NCBI GenBank assembly: GCA_050287085.1
Contig: JBNKBE010000019.1
Location: 1 to 59,028 of the forward strand
Origin: Polyangiaceae bacterium
GTDB lineage: Bacteria; Myxococcota_A; Polyangia; Polyangiales; Polyangiaceae
DNA: 59,028 bases
Reading direction: 5' to 3'
The notes under the pieces are model-generated. The model made no database searches and was not told where the DNA came from. It worked only from the letters and a program-made list of their open reading frames with translations. The position numbers and the translations under genes are program-made. Below are positions 9,304 through 18,773 of the stretch, in pieces; the stretch's first letter is position 1; each line of letters begins with the position of its first letter.

Positions 9304-9712
9304 AAGCAGAAAGGTCTGCTCATCTGTCCCGCCGCACATCAGCTCTGCAAGAGCGGAATGCACAGGCGCTTCATGGGTTATCGTGCTGACCACTTCAAGG
9401 CGCCAAAGACCGCGTGCCGAGCTTGTGGTCTGCGCGAGAAGTGTCTTCGCAACCCAAAGACCCGCCCCACAACGGCAAGTGACGATCCTCAAGGGCCGCG
9501 AAGGCACCAAGCCCGCGCCCCCCGCGAAGCGCAGTGGGCCCGCAGAGCGCATGCGCTTCAAGTTTGATACGCCGCTGGGGCGAAAGCTCTACAGAACGCG
9601 CATGGGCGCCGTCGAACGCGTCTTTGCCAACCTCCAGAACAAGAGCCTGCGCCGCTTCACCCTCCGTGGACAGCGCAAGGTGAATGCCCAATGGCAGCTT
9701 TTCACCCTGCTT
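9303..9712 (+). mobile_element. Second IS1182-family transposase remnant
   Basis: Visibly near-identical to 7420-7600; LICPA..ACRACGLREKC, YRTRMGAVERVFANL, FTLRGQRKVNAQWQLF. Confidence 0.88.
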
Positions 9713-9733
9713 CTGGCGTGGTAGCGTCCACCC

Positions 9734-9949
9734 ATGTTGCTCGACGCGCCCCACCGCGTCCAACAAATCCAGACCGAGGCGCAGCGCCGTCTCGGTGGGG
9801 AAGGACGATTGCTGACCGCGTGCCGCATGAGCCAAACCCTCCGCCAACTCGCCTTCGAGCGTATCCAGCGAACTGCTCCCGACCTCTCCGGACCCGCAGT
9901 GCTGGAGCGCCTCGTTGCCGAACTCTATAGCATCCGTCGAGACGCCTGA
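9734..9949 (+). CDS. Small helical protein resembling partners of minimal nucleotidyltransferases; possibly an orphan antitoxin
   Basis: Q..AQRRL.GE.RL..A..MS...R.LA...I....P..S......LV.ELY pattern, recognised by eye. Confidence 0.45.
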   Translation: MLLDAPHRVQQIQTEAQRRLGGEGRLLTACRMSQTLRQLAFERIQRTAPDLSGPAVLERLVAELYSIRRDA

Positions 9950-10045
9950 GCAGGTCATCCACCGCGGCACGGCACCCACTCGACGCCCGCGCGACACTGC
10001 AACTCTCCGCCCTGGGGCGGCGCCTTTCGAGTGAAGCACACGCGG

Positions 10046-10336
10046 TCAGTCGCGTGCCGCCCTTTTCCTATAGGCGTCGACCATCTCCTTCGTAACGTCT
10101 TTGTCGTAACAGAGCGGCGCGGCCCCGCCGGGCCTGGAGTATGCGCTTCGCTTGCCACATCTCCGCCCTGCTCGATCCGTATCATACGGACACGGGCAGC
10201 TCCCAGCGTACGAAGCACGTGACTCGCCGATCAGGATCTTTCGAATCTCCCCGTCAGAAAGGTTCTTCGCCCCTGCCTTGGCTGCGGTGACCACGCACAG
10301 GACCAGACCGATGACTCGCCACGTTTCTTGCCACAC
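10046..10336 (-). CDS. Small secreted Cys-motif conserved hypothetical protein
   Basis: GGAGG RBS, signal peptide, CPCPY..DRAGRRCGKRSAYSRPGG..PLCY. Confidence 0.8.
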   Translation of the reverse strand: MWQETWRVIGLVLCVVTAAKAGAKNLSDGEIRKILIGESRASYAGSCPCPYDTDRAGRRCGKRSAYSRPGGAAPLCYDKDVTKEMVDAYRKRAARD

Positions 10337-10593
10337 AGCTCGTACCTCCCCCGCGTTTCGCTTCCTGCAACGAGCCCGAGCCGCTCAGAGCAGCCTGCAT
10401 ACTCGCCGTGCCCCTTCGAAGCCAGGGCGACTGTCCTAGCCCCGCCCGCTATTAGCTGCAACCGTTCTTGTCGCACGTAACGACGGGTTGAGTCTGATCC
10501 ACATGATGCAACCACTCTTCTAGGATTGGAGGAGGACGTGTTGTACGACTTCAAGATCACCCACCGACCCCGGAAGCAGGAATCCCGCCAAAC

Positions 10594-10965
10594 ATGAGTT
10601 CGCCTTCCATTGAACTTGAACCGAGCAGCCTGGCCACCGCTGAGCACTACGTTTGGGGTGACGGGTGCGATGGCTGGCACCTGCTCAACCTCCCTGACCT
10701 CAGTGTGATCGAGGAATTGGTTCCCCCGGGTGGTGCCGAGACTCGCCACTACCATTGCCGGGCCAGACAGTTCTTCTACATCCTCGAAGGTCAAGCCACC
10801 TTGGAGTTTAGCGACCGCGCCATCGTATTCTCCTCCGGGCAAGGCGTTCACGTCGCTCCCGGCGTTCAGCATCGCTTTCGCAACAACTCCGCGTCGCCGG
10901 TGCGCTTTCTGGTGATCTCCTCCCCGACCACTCGTGGCGATCGAGCCAACACAGCCGACCCCTGA
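10594..10965 (+). CDS. Cupin-domain protein
   Basis: AEHYVWGDGCDGWHL, HYH..ARQFFYILEG, PGVQH. Confidence 0.9.
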   Translation: MSSPSIELEPSSLATAEHYVWGDGCDGWHLLNLPDLSVIEELVPPGGAETRHYHCRARQFFYILEGQATLEFSDRAIVFSSGQGVHVAPGVQHRFRNNSASPVRFLVISSPTTRGDRANTADP

Positions 10966-11130
10966 CTCTGGATGTGCTCGCTCCGCGCAGCGCTTCGCCG
11001 ATCCTTCTTGAGGATCTGGCTTGCGCCGGTACGACTTCGATCATTTCTATTACCGTTCCGCTCGCATGCCGCTTTCCATAGCTGCAGACTGCACCGCTGA
11101 CGCATGCAGACTTTCACCGAGCGTCCAGCT

Positions 11131-11625
11131 CTACGTGGTTCGTCGCGACTGAACTTCTCGCCACGCAACCCGGCCTGTCGAGCGCATGCGCGCTAGCGTC
11201 AACCAGGCTCCGGATGCGCCGAAAACAAGCCCGATCAGGCAGCGCAGTTCGGCATTCCCGGAGCGCAGTCCCAGGCGCTCAGTCAGCACGTCTATTAGCA
11301 TGGCGGCTGTCCCCAACCCAAACAACACCCATACCGGTGCAACTTTGCGCACAAGGTGCTCTCCGGCGGCCGCTACGGCCATGCCAAGGTAGATCCCGAA
11401 ACAGCGCCCGCAAACGGGTAGGTCCAACGCCTGGAGGAATCGATCAGGAACCCGATGACACTGAAGGCTAAATCCGACCTCCATCACCCGCACAAGTTCC
11501 TCTCCTACTCGCGCTTCCGTAAGTCCCACAAGGCCCAGCGGCAGAAGACCGAACCCGCAGATCGCAAACCGGAGCGCAACTCGCGGCCAGCCTCGCGGCA
11601 TCGCCGTGACTACATGATCCTCCAT
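11131..11625 (-). CDS. DUF2085-like membrane protein
   Basis: CHRVPDR..LPVCGRCFGIYLG plus several TM segments; start uncertain. Confidence 0.75.
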   Translation of the reverse strand: MEDHVVTAMPRGWPRVALRFAICGFGLLPLGLVGLTEARVGEELVRVMEVGFSLQCHRVPDRFLQALDLPVCGRCFGIYLGMAVAAAGEHLVRKVAPVWVLFGLGTAAMLIDVLTERLGLRSGNAELRCLIGLVFGASGAWLTLARMRSTGRVAWREVQSRRTT

Positions 11626-11680
11626 ACCTTGAAGCCGCTTGGGATTGACGCTCCGCCGGGAGATATGCGATTGGTTACCC

Positions 11681-12251
11681 GTGCTGCGCATCAACACAGT
11701 GACTCTTCCTCTTTGGCTCGTACTTGGGGCGCTTCTCGCATGCGGCGCTGCCCCGCAACCGAAACTAGCTGATAGTGCTGAGAATGTGAAGCTCGGCAAA
11801 GGCGATCCGCCTCAGAATGCAATTGAGATCGGGCCCGTTGAGGCCGCATGGTACCGGTTGTGGGTTGTTTGGCAGCCAGGGCAACTTCGAGGGCGCCTAC
11901 GCGCTTCTCCGAAACGAAGGTCTCCGAGTCGATGCCGACTACGTGCAAATTATGACAGCCGTAGAGCCATACTCTGATGGCCAGTGTGCGCACAACGAAT
12001 ACAAGCTAACTGGCGTGGCTTACAAGCTCTCGAACGGGGGAGCTGCGCAACCCACCAGAGGCGAGCGCTCCCAAAAGAAGGACGATGGTCCCGCGGAACC
12101 CCAGCAGCGCTGCGTTCCTGGCTCTACGCAGGCGTGTCTTGGACCGGGAGCGTGCAAGGGCGGGCAAGCCTGTCGCGAAGACGGACGCGGCTTCGAGTCC
12201 TGCGATTGCGGTGGCATGTCAAGCGGCAACGCGAACCCCAATTCGCAGTGA
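11681..12251 (+). pseudogene. Lipoprotein (DUF4156-like domain plus Cys-rich tail), frameshifted at about 11846
   Basis: Lipobox LLAC..EIGPVEA in one frame; HGTGCG..LRNE..ADYVQI and CVPGSTQAC.GPGACKGGQAC in the next. Confidence 0.7.
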
Positions 12252-12909
12252 ACCCGTTAGTGAAGGCCGCGCTGGCAGCGATAGAGCAAGGCCGCGCTGC
12301 AGCGATCAATCGAGAAGACCGTTGCTGATTACAGCGTTCGCTTCGGCGCCAAGCCGTGTTTGATGATTCCGGGAGAGTACGCGCTCTGGCGGATGGAAAC
12401 CCTCAATGTTTCGGTGCGCAGTGACGCCTCATGCCCCTCTGGATCGCTGAGGCACCTAGGCTGGGAGGACCCTGCTGCGAGCGAGTTCACTCAAGAGGTG
12501 GACGTCAATGGGATTACGTGGGAGCGGTTCAGTGCTGAGCAACAGGCTGCAGAGCTCAATAGTCTGTGGCCAGCAGCCAAGTCCCAACCATGACAAGTGC
12601 CCTTTGCGTGAGAGCGCTACCGCCAGTTACGCACAACAACGGGTGGGTGTAGGCCCCACAGTTCCCGACCCCACCCCCACGTACCGATTCGGACCGCCGA
12701 TACGAAAGTGAATCGCGACGGGACACTCCCTTAACTCAAGTTGGCCAGGGGTGACTACCCGCGTGGTCGAAGAAGAGAGCTCTCTGGCGCAAGTCGTGCG
12801 AGCCCAAATCAGAGCGTTGAAAGGGCAGCCACTCCTTGCTCAAGGTAGCGGCATGCTCGAACTGACGGAGGAGGGTAATCGCACTCGTAGGACCGAATCT
12901 CGTCCGAAA

Positions 12910-13896
12910 GTGCGACACGTCCTTCGACGTCTGTGTCTTGCCGTCTGCGCTACAACCATAGGGCTTCTGCTATTTCAGCAACTGATGGAGCACCGCGACG
13001 CAGCTCGCTATCTGCCGGACCAGCTCTTCCAGGCCACGTCCTTTGGCACTACGCGCTACGCACTACAAGGTAGCCGGGAAAGCCCGCCGGTCGTACTTCT
13101 AACCGGGGCCACGGGAGTACTCGAGCAATGGGAAGCCACGCAGCACCAGCTGGCAACACGCTTCGCAACTCTCGCCTACGATCGGGGTGGCACCGGCTTC
13201 AGCCACTCGACGGCCCATGACGCCAACGCTCAAGCCGACGAACTCTCCGAGTTGCTCGATGAGCTCGGGTTGAAACAACCCGCTATCGTGGTCGCCTATT
13301 CGCTGTCCGCCAATGTCGCACGAGTCTTCGGCCATCGCCACCCAACACGGACTCGTGGCCTGGTGCTGCTCGATCCAGAGCTGCCAGAGCTGCGCAAGCG
13401 GATCCCTCATCGGCACATACCCTTGCGCAAGTACGGACGCTGGTACGCCCAAGACACTTTGAGCGCCGTCTTGGGCCTTGCGCGACTGCGCTGGTACGTG
13501 ACGGGCCGTGGTCCCATGACGATGGCGCTGGCGGACTCTGAGCCGCGCGCGCATGCCGCGATGTTCAGGACCTCCCACTGGTGGGCTGTCGACCGCGAAC
13601 TGCTCGCGGTCGGGACGAGTGAGCGGCAGCTGGCCAGCTATTCCCAGCTCACCATTCCGATATCGTTCCTCATCAGCACGCAAGCGCAGCCCACATTGAC
13701 GGGACAGGCTTACCTCGACACCGCACGAAGGCTCTCCCGTCAATCGCGAGAGGGACGCATCGTTCCGTTGAACAGCACCAGTCACACCGCACTGCTGAAG
13801 GATCAAGAGAGCATCGACCAGATCGCGGCCGCCGTCGCCAACTTGGCAAGCCGAACGCAAGCGAGCTCTTCGCCACCCCCGCCTCAGACAAACTAG
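12910..13896 (+). CDS. Alpha/beta-fold hydrolase with N-terminal membrane anchor (ORF open from 12751)
   Basis: YDRGGTGFS, VAYSLS nucleophile elbow, LVLLDP, C-terminal His in TSH. Confidence 0.85.
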   Translation: MRHVLRRLCLAVCATTIGLLLFQQLMEHRDAARYLPDQLFQATSFGTTRYALQGSRESPPVVLLTGATGVLEQWEATQHQLATRFATLAYDRGGTGFSHSTAHDANAQADELSELLDELGLKQPAIVVAYSLSANVARVFGHRHPTRTRGLVLLDPELPELRKRIPHRHIPLRKYGRWYAQDTLSAVLGLARLRWYVTGRGPMTMALADSEPRAHAAMFRTSHWWAVDRELLAVGTSERQLASYSQLTIPISFLISTQAQPTLTGQAYLDTARRLSRQSREGRIVPLNSTSHTALLKDQESIDQIAAAVANLASRTQASSSPPPPQTN

Positions 13897-13926
13897 ACCG
13901 GCCCAACGTCAACGACGGAGCGGACT

Positions 13927-14874
13927 TCATCCGCGCCCGCGACGGGCCTCAACGCCGTTGTCGACCTCGTCGCACGAGCGACCCTTGGGAAAACGCTCCT
14001 CCAACAAGTCGATGAACTTCCGAACGGCCGCGCTTTGATTGCTGCCCCCAGAGAAGACCGCGAAGCACGGCGCAGGTCGAGGCCGAAACTCGGCCAGCAC
14101 TTCCTGAAGTGGACTTTGCTGCTGGTCTGAAGTGGAAGTCACTGGCAGGCGAGCGATGCCGCATCCCGCTGCGACCAGCTCCCTGAGAACCCCAAAGCTG
14201 TTCACAACAATACGAGGTTCGATAGCGATCGATCGCCTTCTGCCCCCGACCACATACCGCCAAAGGCGTGGCTGCTGCGAGCTCCCCATCGCCAAGCAGT
14301 CGTGCTCTATCAACTGCTCCGGCCGAACAGGGATTCCACGCCTCGCCAGGTACCCCGGACTCGCCAGCGTGCGCAGAGGAGGCAACTTGCCAAGGCGCCG
14401 AGCTGTCAGCGACGAGCTCTGCAACGGCCCAACTCGGATTGCCAGATCAAACCCCTCCGCTATCAGATTGACGACGCGGTCCGTAAGCTCCACCTCGAGC
14501 GTCACATCTGGATAGCGTTCAAAATACGCGGTCAGCAGCATGGGCAGCAAGGCCTGACCCAACTCTACGGGTGCGGTGAGACGAAGTCGTCCACTTGGGC
14601 GTTCCCGTGCGTCCGTGATGGCCAGCTCCGCCAGATGCAAACGCTCCAACGCGGGGAGTGCTTGATCGAGATAGCGCTGTCCTAAATCCGTCAGCCGGAC
14701 GCTCCTCGTCGAGCGCACCAGCAACTGAACCCCCAGCTGACGCTCCAACCGCTGCACACGCTCGCTGAGCGTGGAACGTGGGATTCCAAGCCGCGAGGCG
14801 GCAGCGCGAAAGCTCTTATGCGCAACAACGTGAGCCAGCGCGACGGCAGCTTCTATATCAACCCGAGGCAGCAT
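13927..14874 (-). CDS. LysR-family transcriptional regulator
   Basis: SFRAAASRLG..RSTLS..LERQLGVQLLVRSTRSVRLT; NLIAEGFDLAIRVG; divergent from the OYE gene. Confidence 0.95.
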   Translation of the reverse strand: MLPRVDIEAAVALAHVVAHKSFRAAASRLGIPRSTLSERVQRLERQLGVQLLVRSTRSVRLTDLGQRYLDQALPALERLHLAELAITDARERPSGRLRLTAPVELGQALLPMLLTAYFERYPDVTLEVELTDRVVNLIAEGFDLAIRVGPLQSSSLTARRLGKLPPLRTLASPGYLARRGIPVRPEQLIEHDCLAMGSSQQPRLWRYVVGGRRRSIAIEPRIVVNSFGVLRELVAAGCGIARLPVTSTSDQQQSPLQEVLAEFRPRPAPCFAVFSGGSNQSAAVRKFIDLLEERFPKGRSCDEVDNGVEARRGRG

Positions 14875-14998
14875 TGTCCCGTTTCGCGAACAGTATGTCC
14901 AATATTCTGTCACTGTCCAGGAAGTGACTCTAAACACATGCTCCGCCCGAAACCAAAGGCGCCCCGCTCTGGGGGCATTTGAAAGAAGTGAACGAAGC

Positions 14999-16066
14999 AT
15001 GACTCATTCCCTGTTCCAGCCGTACACGCTTGGCTCGCTAGCGCTAACCAATCGCATCGTGATGGCACCCATGACGCGTTGTAGAGCTATCGAAAACGTC
15101 CCGAACGCGCTCATGGCCGAGTACTACGGGCAGCGGGCTAGTGCTGGACTGATCATCAGCGAGGGTGTGGCACCGAGTCCCAACGGGCTGGGCTACGCCA
15201 GGATCCCCGGTCTCTTCAGCGACGCACAGGTCGCCGCTTGGCGCCAGGTCACTGATGCCGTCCACGCCAAGGGCGGCAAGATCTTCGCACAGCTCATGCA
15301 CACAGGACGCATTGGACACCCAGCCAATATGCCCGCTGGCGCCGAGCTACTAGCGCCGAGCGCGGTGGCCGCCGCGGGAACGATGTGGACAGATAGCGAC
15401 GGGATGCAGGCGCACCCCGCTCCCCGCGCAATGACATTGCAGGACATAGAGAACGCACAGAGCGAGTTCGTGCAAGCGGCTGCCAACGCCGTTGCAGCCG
15501 GCTTTGATGGCGTCGAACTGCACAGCGCCAACGGCTATTTACTCGAGCAGTTCATCAACCCCACCGTCAACCAACGCACCGACGAATATGGCGGCAGCGT
15601 GGAAAAGCGCGCGCGCTTCCTGCTGGAGGTTGCTGAAAAGGTGTGTGCACAGATCGGAAGCGAGCGCGTCGGCGTTCGTGTATCTCCCCACAGCACCTTC
15701 AACGACATGGGAAGCTACGACGAGATCGAGGCACAGTATGTCTACATCGCCAGTGCCTTGAGCCGGCTCAAGATCGCTTACCTTCATACCCTGCGCGGAC
15801 CGCACGTGGCCAAGAGCACGCTCGAAGCAGTCCGCGGGGCGTTCGAGGGTCCCTTCATGCTCAACGGCGGCTACAATGGGGAGCAGGCCTGTGACGACAT
15901 CGACGCAAAGCGCGCCGATCTCATCTCTTTTGGCAGCGCGTTCATCTCGAACCCGGATCTGGTGCAGCGCCTGCAAAGCGGAGCCGAACTGGCTGCGGCG
16001 AATCCTGATCTCTTCTACACCCCCGGTGCGGACGGCTACACTGACTACGTCGCTGACGCCACGTGA
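14999..16066 (+). CDS. nemA: Old yellow enzyme alkene reductase (NemA-like)
   Basis: NRIVMAPMTR, YYGQRASAGLI, AGFDGVELHSANGYL, RTDEYGGS, FISNPDL. Confidence 0.93.
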   Translation: MTHSLFQPYTLGSLALTNRIVMAPMTRCRAIENVPNALMAEYYGQRASAGLIISEGVAPSPNGLGYARIPGLFSDAQVAAWRQVTDAVHAKGGKIFAQLMHTGRIGHPANMPAGAELLAPSAVAAAGTMWTDSDGMQAHPAPRAMTLQDIENAQSEFVQAAANAVAAGFDGVELHSANGYLLEQFINPTVNQRTDEYGGSVEKRARFLLEVAEKVCAQIGSERVGVRVSPHSTFNDMGSYDEIEAQYVYIASALSRLKIAYLHTLRGPHVAKSTLEAVRGAFEGPFMLNGGYNGEQACDDIDAKRADLISFGSAFISNPDLVQRLQSGAELAAANPDLFYTPGADGYTDYVADAT

Positions 16067-16139
16067 AACACCGGCTCGGCATCTAAGCATTCTGGCGCGC
16101 AAGCGGCGTTGGGCCGACGCGGCATGACGCGCCTCGGTA

Positions 16140-17039
16140 CTACGGACAAGCGATTCCGCATACCGTCAGCTCTCGATTGCACTTCCGTCGCCGTGCTGGC
16201 TCGCACTCCAGCACGGCGTTGGTCGTTGCGCTTGGCTGATTGAGAGCACAGCGACTCTGAGTTGAACAGGTAAGGGCGCACTGACTGGCTTGACCGCAGT
16301 CGACTTCACACTGACCGGTTCCCAAGCAATCCATGCTGCAGACGCTGTCTGGGCTGCACTGCGACTTACAGTCCCCTCCGCCGCCACAACTCAGCGTTGT
16401 CCCGGCTGCGGCAATACCCTCCGTCTCGCAAATGGCCCCTTCTGCGCAGCGCAGGTGTACTTCGGTTGCATTGCCAATGCCTACCGTACAGGCGCTTCCC
16501 CAATTACAGGTGACATCACAGAGCGCTTGAGTGCAGACCAGGTCGCACTTCTGCCCTGCCGGACACGTGCATGTCGGGGAGCACTCGTTGTCCGCTGACG
16601 CTGGCGGCAATCCCGCATCGTGAGGCGCGCCTCCTACGGGCGGGAGCGGAAGCGTTGCATCCGGACCAGCCCCACCCATCCCGGCGTCGCCAGCGTCGGC
16701 TGCGGCGTCGGGCCCCGCATCGGAACCAGCATCCAGCCCGGAGTCAGGTGGTGATGCATCCCCGATCGAAGCGTCCTTTGCCCCGCCTCCTCCGCCCGCG
16801 CCCCAAGGCCCATCGCCCCCGGACGACAACGAGGCGTCGACCTCATCGGCCCGGGTGCCTTTGCCTGCACCCCCCTGGGCCTTGCCCCCACCTGCAGCCG
16901 CTGCGCCCCCCGAGTTCTTGTCGCCAGGCGCGTCGCGCTGCAGGTCCACCCCGATATGACCGCACGCAGTGATCAGAATAGTCGAGACCAGGGCTCCGCT
17001 CAGGACGGCGCGATGCATTCTATGTCGTAGTTCGATCAT
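16140..17039 (-). CDS. Cys-rich repeat lipoprotein
   Basis: Lipobox ITAC, DAG-rich linker, C-terminal periodic Cys repeats. Confidence 0.8.
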   Translation of the reverse strand: MIELRHRMHRAVLSGALVSTILITACGHIGVDLQRDAPGDKNSGGAAAAGGGKAQGGAGKGTRADEVDASLSSGGDGPWGAGGGGGAKDASIGDASPPDSGLDAGSDAGPDAAADAGDAGMGGAGPDATLPLPPVGGAPHDAGLPPASADNECSPTCTCPAGQKCDLVCTQALCDVTCNWGSACTVGIGNATEVHLRCAEGAICETEGIAAAGTTLSCGGGGDCKSQCSPDSVCSMDCLGTGQCEVDCGQASQCALTCSTQSRCALNQPSATTNAVLECEPARRRKCNRELTVCGIACP

Positions 17040-17045
17040 GGTGTG

Positions 17046-18773
17046 CTACTTCGAGCTAACGGGATGTGACACTCGGGCCCTTACCGGAACGCGAAACGAT
17101 ACAGCTGCCGCACGTGGTGCAAAGCGCACCTGTCTTGCTGCCGCCGCCAAGCAACTGCCCAGCGGACTACTCGCTATGTTCGACGGTTCCACCTTCACCC
17201 GCGGCGCGCCTCCTTCTGGCGACACGGAAAAATGGAGGAGGGCCTCCGACGTTTCGCGCGTCCCCGTCATGTGGGTCGCAAAGCACGATTGAAACTGGGA
17301 ACCCTGGGCGCGCACGGCGGCCATGAGCGGCTCCTGCCGACTGGAGGGTACCTTGGATGCGTCCTTCCTCGAGCCAGTCGCCTTCGCGGCCGCTGCAGGA
17401 GACGAATGCGCGGCCGCGACGGCAGGGCTGGCTGAAGGCGGCACAAGAGGGGCAGCCACGGAGGCCACTGGCGCGGCACTCCCCTGTCCCGCCGAAACCT
17501 CCCCTACGACCACAACCTGTTCAGCCCCTTGACCGCCCCGAGAAAAGACGGCAACCGCTGCGCCGAGGCCAAGCGCAATCAATCCACCAACGACCAGCAG
17601 GCCCCACAACAGACCTTGAAGCTGCCTCGGAGCAACCTGCGAGCCCTCTGGCGCCAGCGCGCCGGGGGACGGTGCGGATTCGTCCGGCAAAGCCCGCTCA
17701 ACCACCGTGGCCAGATCTTTCGCACGACCCGATGGACCTGCGGAGAAACCTGCGGGCGGCATCAGTGACAGGCTCCTATCGAGGACCAGCTCGCGCTCGC
17801 GCAAGCTCTCGATGCCCAACGCCTCCGGAATCAGCTCAAAGTCGTCCCGCAGCATCTCCCGAAGCTGCTCAGCCAGCTCCTCGTCATCTGCGACTTGCAC
17901 TCGACGCAGCTCGCGCGACAGCGCAAGTGCGGACTCGAAGCGCGCCACGGGGTCTTTGGCGAGAGTCCGCTTGAGAATGGCCTCGAGCTCGGGCGGTACG
18001 TCACTGCGAAAGCGTGAGGCTGTTGGGGGCTCCTCATTGACCATGCGCGAGAAAGTCTCGCCTATGGAATCTGAAGCAAACGGTGTCTCAAACGTCAGCG
18101 CCTCGAGCAGCACGATGCCCGCCGAATACTGATCCGATAACGGAGTTGCCGGCTTTCCCTGCACGGTCTCCGGCGCCGCGTAGCAGAGCTTTCCTCGAAA
18201 ACTCTCGGACTTGGTAGTGCCCCCGCCAGGACCGCGCATGCTGGCAATGCCAAAGTCCAAGAGATGGACGTACCCGGTCTGACTGAGCAACACATTGTCG
18301 GGAGAAATGTCCCGATGCACGATCTCGATCTCGCGCCCTTCCTCAGTGTCAAAGTGGTGGGCGTAGTGAAGCGCTTCCAGTATTTTGCGTACAACGTAGA
18401 CGCAAATGTCGACCGGAAGTTGGAGTTGAGCTTGGAGACGGTAGTCGAGCCATGGGGCCAGAGTGTATCCGTGCACATACTCCAGAACCATGATGTGGGC
18501 GCCATCTTCGACGCCGAAGTCCACGATTCCCACGATCCCAGGATGTCGCAACTTCGACAGAATCTTCGCTTCGCGAATGAAGAGACGATTGCCCTCATCA
18601 CTGGCGCGAATATCGCGTCGCATCCGCTTCACCACCACGGGGCGAGTGAACCCCTCCGCCCCCTCGACGCGCGCGAGATGCACCGTCCCCATGCCACCCT
18701 CGCCCAGCAGGCGCATCATTCGATAGCGCCCGAGCAGCAGCTTGTTGTCGAGGGGATGGTGTGAATACGTCAT
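17046..18773 (-). CDS. Membrane Ser/Thr protein kinase with AgmX/TonB_C-like periplasmic domain
   Basis: LGEGGMGTV, VVKR, HRDISPDN, DFGIA, YAAPE; one TM helix; C-terminal FQSCF...LGSCL...F.VP. Confidence 0.95.
   Translation of the reverse strand: MTYSHHPLDNKLLLGRYRMMRLLGEGGMGTVHLARVEGAEGFTRPVVVKRMRRDIRASDEGNRLFIREAKILSKLRHPGIVGIVDFGVEDGAHIMVLEYVHGYTLAPWLDYRLQAQLQLPVDICVYVVRKILEALHYAHHFDTEEGREIEIVHRDISPDNVLLSQTGYVHLLDFGIASMRGPGGGTTKSESFRGKLCYAAPETVQGKPATPLSDQYSAGIVLLEALTFETPFASDSIGETFSRMVNEEPPTASRFRSDVPPELEAILKRTLAKDPVARFESALALSRELRRVQVADDEELAEQLREMLRDDFELIPEALGIESLRERELVLDRSLSLMPPAGFSAGPSGRAKDLATVVERALPDESAPSPGALAPEGSQVAPRQLQGLLWGLLVVGGLIALGLGAAVAVFSRGGQGAEQVVVVGEVSAGQGSAAPVASVAAPLVPPSASPAVAAAHSSPAAAAKATGSRKDASKVPSSRQEPLMAAVRAQGSQFQSCFATHMTGTRETSEALLHFSVSPEGGAPRVKVEPSNIASSPLGSCLAAAARQVRFAPRAAAVSFRVPVRARVSHPVSSK

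Noticed and set aside
5787..10470. Shared 12-mer CAACCGTTCTTG at 5787 and 10459, the second within a short hairpin ending GTTGAGT
   Set aside because: The hairpin is about 40 bp, too short for attC, and similarity does not extend.
12360..12593. 77-aa ORF
   Set aside because: May be a gene fragment, but no family or convincing start could be assigned.
1..13900. Complete integron or intact attC hairpins
   Set aside because: No tyrosine recombinase in the window, and I could not find a full attC with both arms; only isolated core heptamers.
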